This document shows positions 51,801 to 64,000 of a stretch of 64,000 bases of DNA, in pieces (the first letter of the stretch is position 1; every line of letters begins with the position of its first letter). The stretch lies in the NCBI GenBank assembly GCA_965153285.1, contig OZ229110.1; one strand, 5' to 3'. Below the pieces are notes generated by a model that did not search any database, was not told where the DNA came from, and saw only the letters and a list, made by a program, of their open reading frames with translations. The DNA comes from Podarcis tiliguerta. Lineage: Eukaryota. The position numbers were made by a program, and so were the translations under genes.

Positions 51801-53627
51801 TAAAAATAAGCTAAGGTAGTTGCATCACCCCATCTTTGGACAGTGAAGCATACATACATTTGTACATTTAGAACCACAGCCTTAGAATGCTATTTTACTC
51901 AACAAAAACCTTGTGTGTATGTGGGAGTCAGTTGTGGGTGTGGGTGGGTGTCAGTCTTCAATTAAAAACCAGCACCAGGACTGCTTGAGTGGCATGATGA
52001 TTTTCATGATTAATTGGTTGTCAGTGCTGTCATATTGATGTTCACCCAGGAGATTTGAATAGCACTTGGGGGGGGGAGGAATTGCAACAAATAAACAAAC
52101 CACACCCTAGCTATCAAATCTTCATCTTATCACACATATTTTCTATTGTTCTCACTGAGATATGAATGTGCTTATACATTGAGCCACTATTTTGAGGGTT
52201 AAGGATGTGCCCATTTTAAGCCTTTCTGTTTTTCTGGAGTAGAGCAGATTAGGAGTGTGTGCATGTCTGTGTTGCATGTTTGAGAGCATGTAGGTGGCGA
52301 ACAAACTGCAGAAATGATTGGCACTCATCAAAGAACTCAAGTGCACATAAACATTCATGCTCCCTACTCTGCGACCCTAGTTTGTATTCCAATAACAACC
52401 CATTTATCTCAGAAGAACTTCATGAGTGAGAGTCTATCCTCTGAGTTCAAAGAGATAAAAAAATATATGTGTGCGTGCATGTGTGTTTGTAGGGTTTATT
52501 TTTCCTGACTCCCTTTCCTGCTCTATGGAAGCTTGGGGATCTATTACTGACTGTAAAAGAGAGTGTGTTGTTTAAAATCTGAAACTTGCAAGTGGCACTG
52601 AGAGCTTGCTCACTTGTCATCTGTTTGAGGATTTAAAGAAGTTGGATAATTGTGTGTTGTTTTTTTCTGCAGAGAAGACAGACTCCCTCCTTTTTTCCCA
52701 TCCCACCCACAACTTCTTGCACTTCAAATTATTCTTTAGAGGGGAAATTAAGCAAGAATCATGAACACATGCTGTACCTGTCGAGAGAGCAAACCTGTCA
52801 ACAAGCCTAGGACATCTCACTCTAAATTTAAAATGATGGGTGAATTGATTCAGTTGAGCAGATTTCAAGACTGGTTTGACCTAAACCCCAGACATCTCAC
52901 TTTTACGTGTTCAGAGCTACGCAGTGACAATCAGGCATTGTCCTTTGTATAGTCACATTCTGGAAGATAATGGATTTTGTATTCCTTCATGTAGCACTGA
53001 GACTTCAGTTAGTATATTATTTGAGAGTCTAAAAAGGCCATTTAAGTCATTGTTGGTCTTTTAATCACGGTCTGTTAATGCCTGACCTAAAGATAGGACA
53101 TGATGTTCTAACAGTCCTGGTTCATTAAGACAGTATGAAATAACGAAGATGGGCAATGCCACTATTCCATATTTTGTTACTACTCTGGAGCTGATAAAGC
53201 AGCAAGCACTTCCTCTGACATCCTTCCTTCCATTCAGTCAAGTACACTTTGGCTTACTTCTTAATTCTAAAGGCTTTTCTAGGTACCAACACAGAAAGTT
53301 GAACAGCAAGTATGTCATAGCAGAGGTTCATCACAGCATGGGAGCTTGCTACAAGGGTAGTTAATATATGTCACTGCTGGTGGTGGGTCATCCATGTTGA
53401 TCCTATAAGTTTATTTAGAGGAACAGAGATCAGCAGAGATACCTGGGGCAAAGTAGTTCAAATGTAGATGCTGGGTGTACCAATTCAACATGTCTATTGC
53501 TCACAAATACCTGTGGCTTGGGGTGCCTTAAGTGTCCTTCTACTTGGGCAAGAATTTTTATTTTATTCTACTGTTTCATAAAATTTATATACCACTTGAC
53601 TGTAAAAAACAACAACCCTCAAAGTGG

Positions 53628-53904
53628 TTCCACTGTCGAACAGCTCTTACTGTCAGGAAGTTCTTCCTAATGTTTAGATTCCACCTAAACATTAGGAAGA
53701 ACTTCCTGACAGTAAGAGCTGTTCGACAGTGGAATTTGCTGCCAAGGAGTGTGGTGGAGTCTCCTTCTTTGGAGGTCTTTAAGCAGAGGCTTGACAACCA
53801 TATGTCAGGAGTGCTCTGATGGTGTTTCCTGCTTGGCAGGGGGTTGGACTCGATGGCCCTTGTGGTCTCTTCCAACTCTATGATTCTATGATTCTATGAT
53901 TCTA
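53628..53904 (+). mobile_element. Young 5'-truncated CR1 LINE with a 50-bp inverted duplication at its 5' end
   Basis: Sense part 53676-53904 encodes RFHLNIRKNFLTVRAVRQWNLLPRSVVESPSLEVFKQRLDNHMSGVL* (CR1 ORF2 C-terminus), followed by a 3' UTR and (ATTCTATG)n tail. 53628-53677 is the exact reverse complement of 53685-53734. Confidence 0.95.
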
Positions 53905-54743
53905 AATAACCTTGTAGGATCTATGTTACTCCTAGTAGAAGAGTGGAGACCTTAGCTAATAGTTAGCTGTTAGGTGAATCCACTTGATCTGAGACTGAAA
54001 AGAACTTGCCCTAGGTTCAGTTTTCAATTGTTTAGCTCTTCCTTGGACCATACAGGTTTTTCCCTACCATACCAGACATATTGTTTCAGTGCATCCAATA
54101 TATGAATAAGATGCTGCCATATTCACTTCTTGCCAACCCATGTACAAGCTGGGTGCTGCACTTTTGTGGAAGCCTAATCTGCAACATTGCTCTGAGAGTT
54201 CAGGCTCAAAAACTGAAGGTGCATGCATTTGGGGTTAGGTGAAATTTAGTTATCAAATCAACATTGATCTGTTTCGAAGAAGCTGCCATCCCTGGATTCT
54301 GAATGCTAACATCTGTTGAGAGTGTGCATCTGTTCAGTACCGCAAGCTTGTAAACAGATTTGGGAAACTGTCTAGGATTCATCTTTGCAATGCAACACAT
54401 TATCTGAGAGCAGATTTCAGTAGAAGGCTATATAAAAACAACAACCTCAGTAACCAATTAAGGAGTTTGTACACATCTTTCTTCATCCACTTCCACTATA
54501 AGCATGTTGTTCTGATTTGAAATGAAATCAATGTGGTGAACTTAATTTATATTGTTGTTGTTATGTGTTCCGGAACATTATGGGTTGTGTACAATAGGTT
54601 TCATTGACTGAGATTTCTGGGGAGGGGGGAATGTTAAAGACTTGTGTAAATTCCATACATGTTACTGGCATATTGTGGATTTTCAGTTGTCTGTGAGTGG
54701 TACTCCCCTTTGCTCTCTCTCTGGCCTCTCCAGTGCGAGTTGC

Positions 54744-54870
54744 TAGGAATACAGGAAACTATTGTATACTGACTCACACCATTGGTCCATCAAGCTTAGT
54801 ATTGCCTACACTGACTGGCAACAACTCTCTAGAATTTCAGAAAGGGAACCTTTCCAGTCTTGCCTGGGAA
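54744..54870 (-). mobile_element. tRNA-derived SINE 3' portion
   Basis: TATACTGACTCACACCATTGGTCCATCAAGCTTAGTATTGCCTACACTGACTGGCA. Same family as the copy at 36168. Confidence 0.7.
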
Positions 54871-56234
54871 GTTCCATCACTGAGACACAGCCTGAGTCTG
54901 AGTTATTAATAGGACACAGTGCTGGAGTGATCCTCTGCCATATATGAAAGTTGTTAGGGGGCGAGGGGGGAATTGTTATGACAATGACTGGCTTAATACT
55001 GGTATCTCTTTCCTAGTCTAAATAAGTGTGCGTTAAATAATCCTCTCTCCCCATTTTACAACCTGTGCAGGGCAAGAGGGTAGCTTTTGCTCTTCCTTCC
55101 CTTCCCATCACTATGATCACATTATGCTTCTTTTTCCTCTCCCCTCCCCCTTTCTTCTCTATTGACTCCATCTTCCTTTTGGTATAATTTCCCCTTGCAC
55201 TCTCCATCATTGTGCTCAAAAGAGTATATTGTTTCAACCCATGAGGTTTTAGTTCTAGCTTCCTCCACTCAACAAAAGTTTACGTGCCAAAATCTCCATG
55301 TCTTCCATATTGCTCCCTTTGTCTGGATTGCACCACCCTGTTGTATTAGTTTTGCATGCTTCCTTTAATTTCTTCTGCAAAACATATTCTAGATTTGTAG
55401 ATTTAGTGTTCAGGAGACATCACCTAATGTTTTCTGTTTCTGTGAAGGTCTCCTTTCTGCCTCCACTCTTTAATAAACCCTGTCCCATGACTTTATTCTC
55501 TCTTAAAAAGAAGTACTACATATTTAGAAGAGCGATTGGGACCATATCACTTTGAAGGCCAGGTGGAAGACCTCATGACAGAATGCTCTTTCACACATAA
55601 ACTCCCTACACATTAACAGATCAGAGAGCAAAGGTTAGGGTGATTTTCTACTGATGCTTTACCCTTCCTAGGCTCAGAGTTGTTGCCGTGTGGGAACGTC
55701 CTCCAACTGCATTCTGTAACTATATAGTTCTGTACATGCAGATTCTTCTATGCCCTGGACACAGAGCATCCATTTCACCTTCATGCCCTGTATAGTGCTT
55801 AGCTCTACATCACCACCAAGAAATATTCAGGTCACTTCCACACAAACATGTTTATTGAGCATTAATTCTGATTTGTTTGCAGGGAGGTTACATGTTATCG
55901 CATACTTCCCACTGCATTTTCCTGTCACTTTCTTTATCGCAAGAAGTCTGATCTCCTGGGGAAGTGGGTTTGTTGCTTTTTATATACAAAATTGTGCAAT
56001 TGTTTTTTGTTACCGACATTTCGATTGTGCAATTGCTTCAAGGTATTTTATTGGAAACAATTTCTAAATGCAATTAAATAAATACATACAAAACAAGACC
56101 TCACAATCAGCTATAATTTCTCAACCTGAAATTGCTGGTGTGTGATTGAATGCCACCTCAAAGCAGTGACAGTCTTAGATGAAACTGATTTACTAAGTTC
56201 TTTGATAGCTATGGCTAATGGAAGTTACAGTGTA

Positions 56235-56460
56235 CAGTGGTAACTTGGGTTACAGACGCTTCAGGTTACAGACTCCGCTAACTCAGAAATAGTACCTTGG
56301 GTTAAAAACTTTGCTTCAGGATGAGAACAGAAATCGCACGGTGGCGGCGCAGCAGCAGCAGGAGGCCCCATTATCTAAAGTGGTGTTTCAGGTTAAGAAC
56401 AGTTTCAGGTTAAGAATGGACCTGCAGAATGAATTAAGTACATAACCAGAGGTACCACTG
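56235..56460. mobile_element. Tc1/mariner (Tigger/pogo-like) MITE, 226 bp
   Basis: TIRs CAGTGGTAACTTGGGTTA / TAACCAGAGGTACCACTG. Preceded by TA, with a right flank of TG. Internal subrepeats TTCAGGTTA. Confidence 0.85.
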
Positions 56461-57745
56461 TGCTGTTTTCATAGAAAAGGTTTCAAGTGGGTTGGATTGA
56501 AGCACTACTAAAATATACCATGAATATCAGACAAATGACTGGGCTAGTATTTTGCTTACCAGGGAATAATAACAAATTAATATTGCATGAGGGTAATGGT
56601 AGGTTAATGCTAGGCAAGCCGGTGCCATGGGACATAGGATGAATTTACCAAACTCTCTAATATTGGGAGTGAAAGCTATTTTTAAATGCCCTTTTTATTC
56701 CCTCTGAAATTTCCTTCCAAACGACTCTGAAATAAATCCCCTTTTGTAATGTTCTTATCCTTTTTTCTTTGATGAATTTTCTCCCAGCCCTCCTACTCTC
56801 TCAGCTGTTCCAGAATTTCCTTCCTAAATCTCTTCTGTCCTTCATTAACCTCCCAGTGTCCCTCACCGCCCAGCCATGACCGCACGGAAAAAGCAAAATG
56901 GAGGGAAGTAATTGTCCATTTCTTTCTCTTTTAAATTAAATCCTTGATGTTTAAACTTGATGTCCAGTACTTCATCCCACAATCTGCCCCTTTTGACATG
57001 GCCTTTCATGAAAACATACTTCGGTTTCCACCTTTTTTAACCCATGAGAGCTTCTGCACTTCAACAGATTAATGACGGATAGAAATCAACAACTTGAAGA
57101 CTTTCCTAGCATGGAGCTGCAGTGATGGGAACAGTTTGACATGCAGTTGTAGTATGTGCAGAGCCTCTGACCCCAAAAGAGTGGGAAACAGAGTTGAAGA
57201 CAAAGCTTCACTTAAAAGAGAGTACTACCATATAGTCTAGTCTCTCTACTTCAGGGACAGGGAACACATTTCAGCCCAAAAGCAGCATTCCTTTGTGAAG
57301 GGTATGTTCCTGAGATTCCCTACCGTACGCTACTTCATGGTAGTGGTAGTTCGTTTTTCCCATCCTAGGGGGTGATGAGCATAACTGAGTCTGTTTTTCT
57401 CACCTGCTCAGGGATTCAAGAACAATGGGAGTGGCACATCATGCAGGTTTCTGCAGTGCCATCTCTGGCTCCCTGGCACTACAATTTTCTGGAAATTAAA
57501 GTGTTTCAGAACCACTGAAGTGGAGGAAGATAAGTGGAAAGTCAAGTACTAGAAATGCCACCACAGTAGAGAGGTTTGTAATACCAACCTCTCTCCCATT
57601 TTCACTCCAGACTTCATTACAAAATTAGACTCCGACCCCTCCGGAATGTGAGGAGCATCTTGGAAACATATGGTTTAAATCTGCTGGGATGGTTTCCAAT
57701 GGGTGGTAGCTAGCTAGCATGTTTGGCCACTGGGGGTATTGAACC

Positions 57746-58304
57746 TATAGGAACCAACTCCTAGTGGCAGAGGTCCCTTCGCCTGCCCCCCATAAAATAT
57801 TTGAGGGGAGTGGGGCCCCCAAAGTTGATGGGTATTGATGTGCATGTGCTGTGTCTTATGATCGATTATGCAGGACAGGGCTTAAGGTAAAGGTAAAGGT
57901 ACCCCTGCCCGTACGGGCCAGTCTTGACAGACTCTAGGGTTGCACGCGCATCTCACTTTAGAGGCCGGGAGCCAGCACTGTCCGCAGACACTTCCGGGCC
58001 ACGTGGCCAGCTTGACGAAGCTGCTCCGGCGAACCGGCACCAGAGCAGCACAAGGAAACACCGTTTACCTTCCCGCTATAAAGCGATACCTATTTATCTA
58101 CTTGCACTTAGGGGTGCTTTCAAACTGCTAGGTGGGCAGGAGCTGGGACTGAACGACGGGAGCTCACCCCGCCGCGGGGATTCGAACCGCCGACCATGCG
58201 ATCGGCAGGTCCTAGGCGCTGAGGTTTTACCCACAGCGCCACCCGCGTCCCTAGGACAAGGCTTATCTCCCCCCAAAAATATTTTACTCAGGTTGCCACT
58301 CCTG
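57746..58304. mobile_element. hAT-like non-autonomous element hosting a Sauria SINE
   Basis: 8-bp flanks ATTGAACC (57738-57745) / ATGGAACC (58305-58312). Internal IR TAAAATATTTGAGGGGAG / CTCCCCCCAAAAATATTTTA. Confidence 0.65.
57885..58251 (-). mobile_element. Full-length Sauria SINE
   Basis: Minus strand starts GGGACGCGGGTGGCGCTGTGGG and has the B box GGTTCGAATCC. Ends (ACCTTT)n. CpG-rich, so young. TSD AGGACAGGGCTTA (57872-57884) / AGGACAAGGGCTTA (58253-58266). Confidence 0.95.
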
Positions 58305-60540
58305 ATGGAACCTGAACCTTTCTGGAAGCAGGAAGGAGTCCCATTCACTTAGCCCAAAGGTTGTAGTGTGGTGTTTTTGAAAGAAAGAAAAAATGATTTG
58401 TGCATGTTAAGTACTTAATAGAGAGAATACTTCAAATAAGAAACCAAGACTTAAGTGTATGTGTGTACAGGAGTCATTCTTTGAGGACAGCATAGACCAT
58501 GCTGCATTGCCACTTAGTCATTTGGTTATACATGCATCATGAGAGATTTCTGCCATTAATATCTTATAACTTTCAGAAATCAAATAAGAATGCACAAAGA
58601 CATATAAAAGTTGTGTTTAATTTTAGACTACTCATATTAGCATTTCTGCCAGTTTTACTTTTTATCTTGTGGTAATCTGAAAATTTTAAGAACTCTGAAT
58701 CTCCTGTTTTATGCAGTTGCAATCTAATTGCATACTGTCTGTAATCCTCTGCAAAATGCTACATATTTTACACACCAGATTTAAAACCCAGTTTTTTCTT
58801 GCAGTAGTAGAAAACAAACCGCCTATGCTAAATAACTTTTGCAGCATGTGATGATATAGTTGGAGAATGGAACAATGCCAGGACATGGAAGCAGAGAAAG
58901 TCCTTTTAATACCTGTTCAATGGGTTTAAGTAGCTAGTTTTATTTTCAGTGAGCTGTCTGTATGGAGGGTAGATTATACTCTTATCTCCTTATGTAGGGG
59001 CATATGCATTCAGAGTATCTAACCTTTAGAAAAAGTTCACATTTTGTTAGCGTGGGGTTGTGATTGCATAGGGCTACATATGGAACAACTGACTTGATGC
59101 AGGATCGGACAAAAGGACACATAATCACAAAATTGGAAGGGAAATGAAAAAGAATGATCTAGTTCAATTCCATGCTGATGCAGGAAATCTGCCGCTGCAG
59201 CATTCCTGATAGGTGGCCATTCAGACTCTGGACAGATGCAAATGAAGTCACTATTGATTATGATACATATATCCACAGCACACTCTTAAGAGCCGCATGT
59301 CTTTGACTATTTGAATTGTTAAAACAACCCGCTGGTGGCTGATGAACATTGCTGCTTCCCCTCCTCCCATCTTGCTTCAATTTATTTCTTATTGTATGCT
59401 TCCATGGATTAAAAAGGTGCCTGCAAAAAAGAAAATGGACCTAAACCACTCTTCATTGTAAGCAGACATAATTTGTTCTGTTAATGACAGCAGGTTTCTT
59501 TAGACAAGCTTTCATCATGTCTGCACCGGGCCCATGCTTTTCAGCTCACATTCTGTCCCTAGTGTAAAATATAAAACCCTTGGATGGACTGGTACGGAAG
59601 CTTTAAGAAAAAATTATCCACCCGCTGGTGATTTTGCTCCACCCGCTGTATGCATTTTCTAAAACACAATATCCCGCTTCCTAAGCAGAATTTGATCTTT
59701 GGGTGGTGTTTTAAAGTAATATCCAGAGGGAATATTTGTGCATCTGGAGACTGTTAACCTTAGAAAATGAAACTTTATTACAGTAACATCAAGTGGCTGA
59801 TTTCAACTGCTCAAAGCCAGTTTGATTCATTATGGTAAACACTACTTTGCTTCTGGGCACCTCCCTCTCAGGCTGTGCCATTGTGATGCAGGAAGAATGT
59901 AGAGAGTTCTGTGGCTTCTTGACATATCAGCCAAAGCACTGTAGGCTACAGATAGCAATGGGGAGTATCATTATTCTCAAAAGTTGCCCTCTGTTTTCTC
60001 ATGATCAAGTGGATATCTCTGTAATAAGTGGGTGGGGAAAGCTTTGTAACACCACATTTTCTGTGAACCGATAAGCTGAGATTAAAAATGACTGAATTAA
60101 AAATGCCCTTGGAGAACATGTATAATGGGAGTTCTTTGCCCAATCATGGCTGCTAAAAATTACACAGCAGTGTAAAAACATTACTAGCTCACCACTCAAC
60201 ATCAGTGAGTTGCACTGAGGTCCTTAACTTAGTGTGTTTACTTACCTGAAAATTAATTCATTCCTCTTGAGCAGATGGAGACTGGTGATGTGATGAGAAT
60301 ACAATGCAGAGACAGACAACAATCACTCTCATAAAAACTGAGATGTTGAGAAGTGAGTATATAGGCTTACTATGCCAAGACCTGAGTAACCCTTTTGTTA
60401 GCAGATGCAGCCTCTTCACTTCTACATTTGCACTATAAGCAATCAAACCAGTAAGCCTTAAGTTAACCATAGTTTACAGTTTGATATGAACTGAGAAACT
60501 ACCAGCCATTTCAAATATTATGATATATCACAGTTTATTG

Positions 60541-60638
60541 CAGACTACCCCAACTTTCTAGATGTTTTAGACCACAGCTTCCATAATCCTTAAACATTCT
60601 CCATGCTGATGATGGCTGATGGGAATGGTTGGGGGATG
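60541..60638. mobile_element. Decayed palindromic hAT-like MITE
   Basis: AGATGTTTTAGACCACAGCTTCCATAATCC...GGCTGATGGGAAT resembles 33157-33292. Confidence 0.5.
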
Positions 60639-61793
60639 TTAGAATGAGCAGCAGTGGGCCTTGAGCTCCTGTCATCCAGCATGACTATGTGATTGGAAAC
60701 ATTTGTCCCCCCACCCCTTTTTTAAAAAAAAATTAACTGCAGTTTAACATTAACTGAAGTTCATTTTAGGAATGCTTTGTTGAAACAAGCCAGCTTGTTT
60801 GAAGTTAACTATAGAATGCTGGAAATATGCCGAGATTATTTCACTTTGTTAGGTTCAGAAGAAATGACAGGCTGCAGTTAATAAAGGGGGGGAAAGAACA
60901 ATAAAAAACCAGACGTGAAAGCTTCTTATCTCCTTGTGGCTGTGCCACAGCAGAAGAAAGGGAAGCAGGCAAGTGGCATGGGATTAGCTGTGGCTTATTA
61001 ATGTCAGCCAGCACTATGTTTGTCAGCTGCTGAACAAGTTAGGACTGTGATTTAATATTATGGTTTATTCCAAACCTTAGTGCACCAGTTCTGATGAAAT
61101 GAGAAGCAACCAGGGAAGCTTCCTGGTTTGATGGCTTCCACTTTGAAGGGAGAAGTGGCTGTGTGTACAGGCAAAATTCTTGGTCATACCTTGTCTTATT
61201 AAGCCATGATATGATGGGTTCAAGAAAGCTCTGCTGAAATCTGCCCTCCAATTTCACAAAAGTTTCCCCTTGTGATACAGGCTTCCATTTTTCTTCTTAA
61301 ATATCGGGGCACTTGAGAATTTCTTTAGAATGTTGGTGGATGTTAAGCTTTTACTGTATCATTGCGAGGTGACCAAATTTGCAGTGTCTGGCTGCCTGCA
61401 CTTCCTTCTCTTGAAAAAGACCCATGGAAGGATTTATCTCATGAAGGATTTATCTCTGGGCTGACACCTGCCAGGCTGCATAGTGCAGATCACTGATGAG
61501 AAGATTTGTGGAATAATAGAAATGATGCTCACATGCACCCTCACCAACCTCAAAAGAAGGCAAGGGCAGCAAAAACTCTGCAACTTATCCATGAGAATTT
61601 CACTGAATTTCCTCCCTCCCCTTTGATAATTTTCTGAAACAATTTATTTTATCATTAATTGGTGGGTAATGGTAAAAAAAAAGTGTGATAATTTTTTGGC
61701 ACAAAACTGGGTTTCAGAAAGGGCAGGAAGTGAAAGGACTTGCAGCAAAGCCTTCATTGTGTTGTGCCAGTTTTAAAAACTTTCACCAGTCAT

Positions 61794-61835
61794 CTCGATG
61801 GCCCTTGTGGTCTCTTCCAACTCTATGATTCTATG
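61794..61835 (+). mobile_element. 42-bp CR1 extreme 3' end
   Basis: CTCGATGGCCCTTGTGGTCTCTTCCAACTCTATGATTCTATG is identical to 53849-53890. Confidence 0.9.
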
Positions 61836-63098
61836 TATTGAAGAGACCACCTGGTAGGTGTCATGGGATAAATTCATCCGTGTGCTTATTTTCATTAGAA
61901 TCCTCTTGATGTAAAATTCAAGTAATATTTCTATAAAATTAGATTCCTCTTTTCAAAAACATCTATAGTATGCACCAATTCCACAAAAATTAGCTCCAAC
62001 ATACATTATCTAGAATAAATATTCATATGCAAATGCTCATTAGAAACCAGGGAAAGCTGGTTATCAGTAGTCGGTTTTTCTGCCATCAAATATTGTATAT
62101 TCTCAAGTTTGCACTCCATTTTACTTTTGCCCCCAATTAACCAGATCTTGACACCTGAATAACTTTGTGGAGTCATCTACATATAATTACAGGCATAGGG
62201 TAAATTTTTCTTTGCAACACAATTTAACCTATGAAATGTCTCTCCTTCTCTGTTCAACTCACCTCTTGCCTGTGCATCACTCCAGATCTCCAGTAAAAGC
62301 TTCCATACTCTTTTCCTTTTGCCATTTCCTATTTTTGATCTGCACCTTCCTGAGGGTGTGAAAGCTATTTTGAGGTAACACTCTGACAAACTATTATTTC
62401 TGTATTGTTTGAAAGTTCAGGGATTTCTAGGTAAATAATTCTAGGACCAGAACTGCCACCCCTGTTCAGCAATTAGCTCTCCTCCATGTTCTCTGACTGT
62501 GACATATGTAAGAGTGACAAAGTTCCCAGAATATTTCACAGCTGTTGGGCAGAAGATCAGGCAGGCTTGCCAGCAATCTGGACCCGATGGAGCAACATGT
62601 TAGCATGCTGGCAGGTACACGGCTGGGAGGAGTCTAGGAACCAGCTGTGGACAACTGCTTCCAGATGCAGTTGACCCTGAAATAACACCGCTGACTATAT
62701 GCTTGCCTGCTTTTATTGTTGTGATAGTTTAGTGCTCCCATACTTGCATGAAGAGGGTAATCATGGTGACAGGGGCTTTGTCGCCTTGCATTTAGCCCTG
62801 CCTCCAAGGTCACACAGCTCCTCCCACCCCCACCATTGCCACCATTGTCATAACTTCTCCAGCCTTCTGTACTTGAGGAGGTTTCCCATGTAATGTGGAA
62901 ACTTGGACAATCTGAGTTCTAAACCACATGGGGAACCTCCACATGAAAAATAGGATCTGTAGTATTACAAACTCTTCCTCTCTTCCCTCTTTCTGGCTCT
63001 GAAATTCATGCAGTTTCATGTGCCACACTGAGGGAGAGGTTTCTGCTTTTGACATGGTCTTGTACAAGGTTAAACTAACATAAATATAGAAATGGTGT

Positions 63099-63600
63099 TG
63101 TCATGACCTCAGAGTCCAGCAGCAATCAAGATTATTGAGTTGAAGGCTATAGAGTCTCCAGCTCAGAAGCCAGTTTAGGTCCAGGGCTCTGAGCATGCTG
63201 CTGGCGATGCAGAAACCATAGCACTTGAGGCTGATGGACAGAATCCCCCAGAAGAACCTCTTGTACCACCACTAGTGGCACAGGGAATGTCCCATGCAGG
63301 ATGATATAGAAGAGAAGAAGGCCCATTTTCAGGCCAGAGGATTGACCCTTAAGAATCGGATGCTCTTCACAACAGGGGTCAGAACCTGAAAGAGGTAGTC
63401 TGGAGACAGAGGCTTAAAAAGGCGCAGTCTGCTCTCAACCTTTTTTGGAGCACGTTGCTCACTCGGTTAACTGTGGTTGCGGCAACTCCTGAATTCATTT
63501 CTTTTCCTAAGAAGCCTGTACCAAATGTAGTTCATCCAGACTTCCTGCATCATTAGCATTATAAATACTGAGTTCCTCCCTGTTGCTTTTTCATTTTGCA
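63099..63600. mobile_element. Possible LTR remnant related to 46150-46736
   Basis: Starts TGTCATGACCTCAGAGTCCAGCA, against TGTCATGACACCAAAATCCAGCA at 46150, with a similar GC shift. Right end not identified. Confidence 0.4.
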
Positions 63601-64000
63601 GCACAGCATTCCTTTCTTCTAAAGTAGACTCCTGAGCTCCAGTTCATTAAATGGAAGGCACTCTATGCAATATCTAAGGGATGCTCCTTTAAGTACTCAG
63701 TGAGAAACAGCTAAAAAGGAGACTACTTACTTTGTCTGTGTTACTTGTGTGTATTGGAACTTCTCATAGTGAATCTTCTCATAGTGTAGAACAGGTTCTT
63801 ATTTTTTCAGCTTTTCACTTATCCATTCCATGTGACAAATTTTGATTGCTAGAGGGTAGAAGGGTAACACCTTAAGAGCTGGGTTCATAGCTTGGGAGTG
63901 CTTCTCAATTCAATATTACTTCTAGAAGCTCACATGTTGGCTGTGACTTGGAGCACTTAAACCAATTTATGTTGGTGTCCCTGCTTTCCTGGAAAATACT

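Noticed and set aside
53532-53875. Overlapping ORFs on both strands sharing the same peptide
   Set aside because: This follows from the 50-bp CR1 palindrome and is not a bidirectional gene.
56872-56912. GCCATG short ORF (MTARKKQNGGK) with a possible AA|GTAATT donor as an alternative start exon
   Set aside because: The donor would be phase 2 while the next BRSK2 exon needs phase 0. The ORF is tiny and has no other support.
57924-58352. 142-aa ORF, the longest in the track
   Set aside because: It is antisense read-through of the GC-rich Sauria SINE, with no protein motif.
61427-61456. Short tandem duplications (GAAGGATTTATCTC x2, also at 24082 and 63760)
   Set aside because: These are ordinary slippage or repair duplications with no array or repeat-spacer organisation.

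Overview
Vertebrate genomic DNA from a squamate, most likely a lacertid lizard (Squam1/POM-type and Sauria SINEs, plus CR1, RTE and L2 LINEs). The only host coding sequence I can support is a 95-bp internal exon at 49041-49135 (+) encoding [32 protein letters not shown]. This is the exon-2 segment of the AMPK-related brain kinase BRSK2 and includes the VAIK ATP-binding lysine. The ORF track misses it. I could not find the preceding or following coding exon, so the window appears to be about 49 kb of upstream intron and about 15 kb of downstream intron. The remainder is a mosaic of truncated LINEs, tRNA-derived SINEs, hAT-like MITEs with 8-bp target-site duplications (several nested), a Tigger-like MITE, a probable solo LTR, microsatellites and a few repeat-free, CpG-retaining stretches that may be regulatory. 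The other ORFs in the track are spurious or TE-derived. I see no convincing new multi-gene system. The most unusual signals are inverted self-copies at the junctions of two young CR1 insertions of one subfamily, a CpG-retaining block with a splice donor in the upstream intron, and several candidate neuronal cis-elements. Repeat family names come from recalled consensus features rather than a database search, and boundaries without a TSD are approximate.
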